Of a stretch of DNA of 64,000 nt, positions 59,691 to 64,000 are shown in pieces; the stretch's first letter is position 1, and the number at the start of each line of letters is the position of its first letter. The DNA is from Acidobacteriota bacterium. GTDB lineage: Bacteria; Acidobacteriota; CAIWXX01. The stretch is from the NCBI GenBank assembly GCA_040755995.1, contig JBFMAF010000035.1, positions 128,001 to 192,000 on the forward strand, given 5' to 3'. The notes below the pieces were generated by a model. That model was given only the letters and a program-made list of their open reading frames with translations. It was not told the origin of the DNA and made no database searches. The translations under genes and the position numbers were made by a program.

Positions 59691-61250
59691 ATGAAACCCA
59701 TCGCCAAGCTGGCGATTCTCGCGCTCGCCACCATCACGGTCGCGTGCCGCGGCAACGACAACGGAGATCGGTCACAGGCGGGCGAGAGGCCCGTCGAGTC
59801 GATCACGCACTACACGGAGGCCACGGAGCTGTTCGTGGAGTTCCCGCGGCTGGCACGCGGAACAGAGTCGGCCTTCGCGGTCCATCTTACTACGCTTGTA
59901 GACTTCAAGCCCGTGGCCTCGGGCACGGTCACGATCGTCCTGAGCGGTGGTCCCTCGCCTGAAGAGCGCTTCACGGCGGAGCAGCCCTCTTCTCCCGGGA
60001 TCTTCCGCCCGGTGGTCCGCCCGCTCCATGCGTCCACCCGCCGCCTGACCGTCCTGGTTGAGGCCGGGGGCGCCACCGATCGTCACGATCTGGGCGAGGT
60101 GACCGTCAGTGATTCAGCGGGGGAATCGGCCGGGAGTGCAGAGAAGGAGCACGTTGAGGCGGCGGCGATCACCTTTCTCAAGGAACAGCAGTGGCGCGTC
60201 GAGTTCGCCACCGCTCCTGCCGGGCCTCGCCGTCTTCGCGAATCGGTCACGGCCAACGGGGTGATTCGAGCGAGGCCGGAGGGGGAGGCCGTGATCGGCG
60301 CCCCGGCGGCGGGCCGGGTACTCCGGTCCGGTCCGGCCTTCCCGCGCATCGGCGCCGCGGTCCATGCCGATGAGGTCCTTGTCGTCATGGCTCCCCGGGT
60401 CGAAGGGGAGGCGGACGCAGCGACGCTTGATCAGGCCGTCGCGAGGGCGCAACTGGAGGTAGACCGATGGCGGCGAGAACGCGAGCGGCTGGAGGCTCTT
60501 TACGCCCAGGAGGCGGTGCCGCAGCGGCGCGTCGCCGAGGCTCGTCACGAAGAGGCCGCGGCCGAGGCCGATCTCGATGCGGCCAGGCGGCGGCTGGCGC
60601 AGTTTCATGGCACGCAGCGGGCCGGTGGAGATGGCGCGTCGGGTCGCATCGATGTGAGCTCGCCCATTGCCGGCTCGATCGAGGAGGTGCGTGTCGCGCC
60701 GGGCGCATACGTTGAAGCGGGAACGGAGATGTTCCACGTCGTCGATATGGAGCGGTTGTGGCTGGAGGTGCGGATCCCAGAATTGGACATCGGCCGAGTT
60801 CGAGGTGCCTCTGAGGCATGGTTCGAGGTGCAGGGATTCGAGCGTCCGTTCGAGGTGAAACCGGAGACCGGCGGGCGTGTTATTGCGTTCGGCGGAATGG
60901 TCGAGGAAGCCAGCCGCACGGCTCCGCTGGTTTTCGAGATCCGGAATAGCGATAGGAGCCTCCGCGTGGGCATGTTCGCCCAAGTGCATGTCGTCACGGG
61001 GAAGTCAATTGACGCACTCGCGATACCGGTCAGCGCCCTTCAAGAGGAAGGCGGACAATCTATCGCCTACGTGCAGGCAGGAGGCGAGACCTTTGAGCGG
61101 CGCGCGCTGAGGTTGGGAGTCCGCGAGGGCGATTTCGTGCAGGTGCTGGACGGCCTACGTCCCGGCGATCGCGTCGTGACGCGCGGGGCCTACTACGTGC
61201 GGTTGGCGGCGTCCTCGACGTCACTGCCGGCCCACGGCCACGCTCACTGA
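59691..61250 (+). CDS. Heavy-metal RND periplasmic adaptor (CzcB-like)
   Basis: Lipobox TVAC, TELFVEFP.L, FLKEQQW, SPIAG, LRVGM, C-terminal HGHAH. Confidence 0.92.
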   Translation: MKPIAKLAILALATITVACRGNDNGDRSQAGERPVESITHYTEATELFVEFPRLARGTESAFAVHLTTLVDFKPVASGTVTIVLSGGPSPEERFTAEQPSSPGIFRPVVRPLHASTRRLTVLVEAGGATDRHDLGEVTVSDSAGESAGSAEKEHVEAAAITFLKEQQWRVEFATAPAGPRRLRESVTANGVIRARPEGEAVIGAPAAGRVLRSGPAFPRIGAAVHADEVLVVMAPRVEGEADAATLDQAVARAQLEVDRWRRERERLEALYAQEAVPQRRVAEARHEEAAAEADLDAARRRLAQFHGTQRAGGDGASGRIDVSSPIAGSIEEVRVAPGAYVEAGTEMFHVVDMERLWLEVRIPELDIGRVRGASEAWFEVQGFERPFEVKPETGGRVIAFGGMVEEASRTAPLVFEIRNSDRSLRVGMFAQVHVVTGKSIDALAIPVSALQEEGGQSIAYVQAGGETFERRALRLGVREGDFVQVLDGLRPGDRVVTRGAYYVRLAASSTSLPAHGHAH

Positions 61251-61259
61251 GGCCTCCCC

Positions 61260-64000
61260 ATGATCGACGGCATCATCCACTGGTCACTGCGCAACCGCCT
61301 GCTCGTCCTGCTCACGGCGGGGCTCCTTCTGGCTTGGGGTTGCTTCGAAGCCGTGAGAATTCCCGTCGACGTCTTCCCGGATCTGACTGCCCCAACCGCT
61401 ACCGTGATTGCCGAGGCGCACGGGATGGCGCCGGAAGAGGTTGAGAGCCAGATCACGTTTCCGATCGAGACGGCGCTCAACGGCGCCCCCGGCGTCCGCC
61501 GCGTGAGGTCATCGACGGGCATCGGCGTGGCGGTCATCTGGGTCGAGTTTACCTGGGGGACCGATATCTACCAGGCGCGACAGATCGTCGCCGAGAAGCT
61601 CCAGCTATCTCAAGGATCACTTCCCCCCGAGGTGGACCGACCCGTGCTGGCACCTGTCTCATCGATCATGGGAGAGATCATGTTCGTCGCGCTGACCTCG
61701 GACCGCCATTCCCCTCTTGATCTCAAGACGACCGCCGACTGGGTTCTCCGCAGGCGGCTGCTGGCGGTGCCGGGGGTTTCTCAGGTTGTCCCGACGGGTG
61801 GAGACACGAAACAGTACCAGGTGGTGTTGAAGCCGGAGCAACTTGCGGCTTACCGCCTCAGCGTCGAGGAGGTGGTGGAGGCCCTGCGTGAGACCAGCGA
61901 GAACACATCGGCGGGCTTCTATGTGGAGGGAGGGCAGCAGTACCTGATCCATGGCCTGGGGCGGGTGCAGCGAGCCGAGGACATCGGCGAGACCGTCGTT
62001 GCCGTGCGGGAGGGTGAGCCGATTCTCGTGCGCAATCTGGCCGACGTGAGAATCGGCGCGGCACTGAAGCTGGGCGAAGGATCGCACAATGCCCGCCCCG
62101 CGGTGGTGCTCGGCATCCAGAAACAGCCTGGCGCGAACACCCTCGAGCTGACCAGGCGCCTTGACTCGGCCCTCGACAGTATCGAGGAGTCCCTCCCCGA
62201 GGGCATGCAGATCAGCCGGCACATCTTCCGCCAGGCCGACTTCATCGATGTGGCCATTCACAACGTGCTGGCGGCATTGCGCGACGGCTCCGTGCTCGTC
62301 GTCGCGATCGTGCTGGCGTTTCTGGCGAGTCTGCGCGCGACCGGCATCACCGTGGTGGCCATCCCCCTGTCGCTCGTGGTCTCCGTTCTCGCGATGAAGA
62401 TGGCCGGCATTTCAATCAACACGATGACGCTCGGCGGCATGACGATCGCCCTCGGCGCCCTCGTCGACGACGCCATCATCGGGGTCGAGAACGTGGCCAG
62501 ACGCCTGCGAGAGAACGGTCGATTGCCGGCTGAGGGGCGTCACCCGGCGCTATCGGTCGTCTTCAAGGCCAGCAAGGAGATTCGAGGCTCAATCGTCTTT
62601 GCGACCCTCATCATCATCCTGGTGTTCCTGCCGCTCTTCTTCCTGTCGGGGGTTGAAGGCAGGCTGATGCGGCCGCTGGGGTTCGCCTATATCGTCTCGC
62701 TGGCCGCCTCGCTGGCGGTGGCGCTCACCGTGACTCCCGCGCTCTGTTTCCTGGCCCTCCCCCACGACCGCGCGATCCTGGAGGACCGGGAGGCGGGCCT
62801 GGTGCGCTTCCTGAAGCGGCGCTATGAGCCGATGCTGGCGGCGCTGCTGCCGCGATGGAAGATGGTCGGATCGCTGGCGCTTCTGCTGCTTGCCGGCACC
62901 GGGATAGCCCTGGCCCTGGCCGGTCGCTCGTTTCTGCCGGATTTCAACGAGGGGACACTGACGGTCAGCGCCGTCACGCTCCCAGGCACCTCGCTCGATC
63001 AATCCGACAAGCTGGGCCGCATGGTCGAAGAGATCATGCTGAAACAGCCGGAGGTCGCCGCGACCGCGCGGAGAACCGGGCGCGCCGAGCTGGATGAGCA
63101 CGCGCAGGATGTGAACGCCGCCGAGATCGATGTCGGGTTGAAGATGAAGGACCGCAGCAAGGAGCAGTTCCTCGCGGCGCTCAGGCGCGATCTCTCGGTC
63201 GTGCCGGGCATGAACATCGTCATCGGTCAGCCGATCTCCCATCGTATCGACCACATGCTCTCGGGGACGCGCGCCAATATCGCGGTGAAGATCTTCGGAG
63301 ATGATCTCTATGAGCTGCGCCGGCTGGCCGAGCGTGTGCGGATGTCAATGCAGGGAGTCGATGGTGTCGTGGATCTCGCGGTCGAACAACAGATGGACAT
63401 TCCGTTCGTGGCGATCCGGTTCAACCGCGCGGCCATCGCGCGCAACGGGCTGCGGATGCGGGAAGTCGCCGAGGCGATCGAGACGGCCTTTTACGGGCAG
63501 GTGACGGGACGGGTCATCGAAGGCCAGGCCGCATTCGACCTGCTGGTCAGATACGACGAGTCTGTCCTGGGTGACGTGGAGAAGATGGGCTCGACTCTCA
63601 TCACGGCCCCATCGGGTGCGCAGATTCCGCTGCGTGCGCTGGCCGAGATCCGCAAGGACCGCGGCCCGAACAGCGTCAGTCGCGAGGACGTGCAGCGCAA
63701 CATCGTCGTTATGTGCAATGTGGCCGGGCGCGACCTTGGTAGTGTGGTCGATGAAATCCGCGATCGGGTCACATCGTCCGTACCGCTGCCGAGGGGCTAT
63801 CGCGTGGAGTATGGAGGCCAGTTCGAGGCCGCCGAGGCGGCGGCGCGGACGCTCTTCGTGCTGGGCGTCGTGGTCGTAGCCGGGATCTTCCTCATCTTGT
63901 TTCTCGAATTCCGTTCGGCACGCGATGCTGCGCTCGTGATGGCGAACCTGCCGCTGGCCCTCATCGGCGGGATGGCCGGCGTCTATCTCAGCGGCGGCAT
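61260..64000 (+). CDS. CusA/CzcA-family heavy-metal RND permease (partial, runs off window)
   Basis: Manual translation MIDGIIHWSLRNRLLV..PVDVFPDL..APEEVE..INTMTLGG..VDDAIIGVEN..FLPDFNEG..RTGRAELDEH. Absent from the track because no stop is reached in the window. Confidence 0.93.
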   Translation, partial: MIDGIIHWSLRNRLLVLLTAGLLLAWGCFEAVRIPVDVFPDLTAPTATVIAEAHGMAPEEVESQITFPIETALNGAPGVRRVRSSTGIGVAVIWVEFTWGTDIYQARQIVAEKLQLSQGSLPPEVDRPVLAPVSSIMGEIMFVALTSDRHSPLDLKTTADWVLRRRLLAVPGVSQVVPTGGDTKQYQVVLKPEQLAAYRLSVEEVVEALRETSENTSAGFYVEGGQQYLIHGLGRVQRAEDIGETVVAVREGEPILVRNLADVRIGAALKLGEGSHNARPAVVLGIQKQPGANTLELTRRLDSALDSIEESLPEGMQISRHIFRQADFIDVAIHNVLAALRDGSVLVVAIVLAFLASLRATGITVVAIPLSLVVSVLAMKMAGISINTMTLGGMTIALGALVDDAIIGVENVARRLRENGRLPAEGRHPALSVVFKASKEIRGSIVFATLIIILVFLPLFFLSGVEGRLMRPLGFAYIVSLAASLAVALTVTPALCFLALPHDRAILEDREAGLVRFLKRRYEPMLAALLPRWKMVGSLALLLLAGTGIALALAGRSFLPDFNEGTLTVSAVTLPGTSLDQSDKLGRMVEEIMLKQPEVAATARRTGRAELDEHAQDVNAAEIDVGLKMKDRSKEQFLAALRRDLSVVPGMNIVIGQPISHRIDHMLSGTRANIAVKIFGDDLYELRRLAERVRMSMQGVDGVVDLAVEQQMDIPFVAIRFNRAAIARNGLRMREVAEAIETAFYGQVTGRVIEGQAAFDLLVRYDESVLGDVEKMGSTLITAPSGAQIPLRALAEIRKDRGPNSVSREDVQRNIVVMCNVAGRDLGSVVDEIRDRVTSSVPLPRGYRVEYGGQFEAAEAAARTLFVLGVVVVAGIFLILFLEFRSARDAALVMANLPLALIGGMAGVYLSGG

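Overview
A GC-rich bacterial chromosomal segment. The gene content resembles Acidobacteriota or a similar group, but that is an inference. Core housekeeping genes: SAM cycle metK-ahcY, rpmE-prfA-prmC, asnS-rimO-pgpA-cinA-thpR, plsY-gpsA, smc-queG and ppx-ppk1. Accessory genes: an HAE1 RND pump with MarC, a BlaI/M56-associated CzcCBA-type metal pump running off the right end, two Thr-nucleophile sulfatase-like proteins, HtrA and M50 proteases, a TPR Ser/Thr kinase and a three-gene membrane Fe-S module. The strongest hidden signal is the ArsM-like methyltransferase upstream of metK. Its apparent TGA stop (3031-3033) sits at a conserved Cys position, is followed by a SECIS-like hairpin and 47 more in-frame codons, so it is probably a selenoprotein, and it lacks two other canonical ArsM cysteines. 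Also seen: a near-consensus sigma54 promoter in front of an unknown gene, several probable leaderless transcripts, a multi-hairpin MITE-like element, families of short tandem repeats at gene junctions, and decayed toxin-antitoxin and kinase fragments. No rRNA, tRNA, CRISPR array or intact transposase was recognised. All calls come from reading motifs by eye; no database searches were run.
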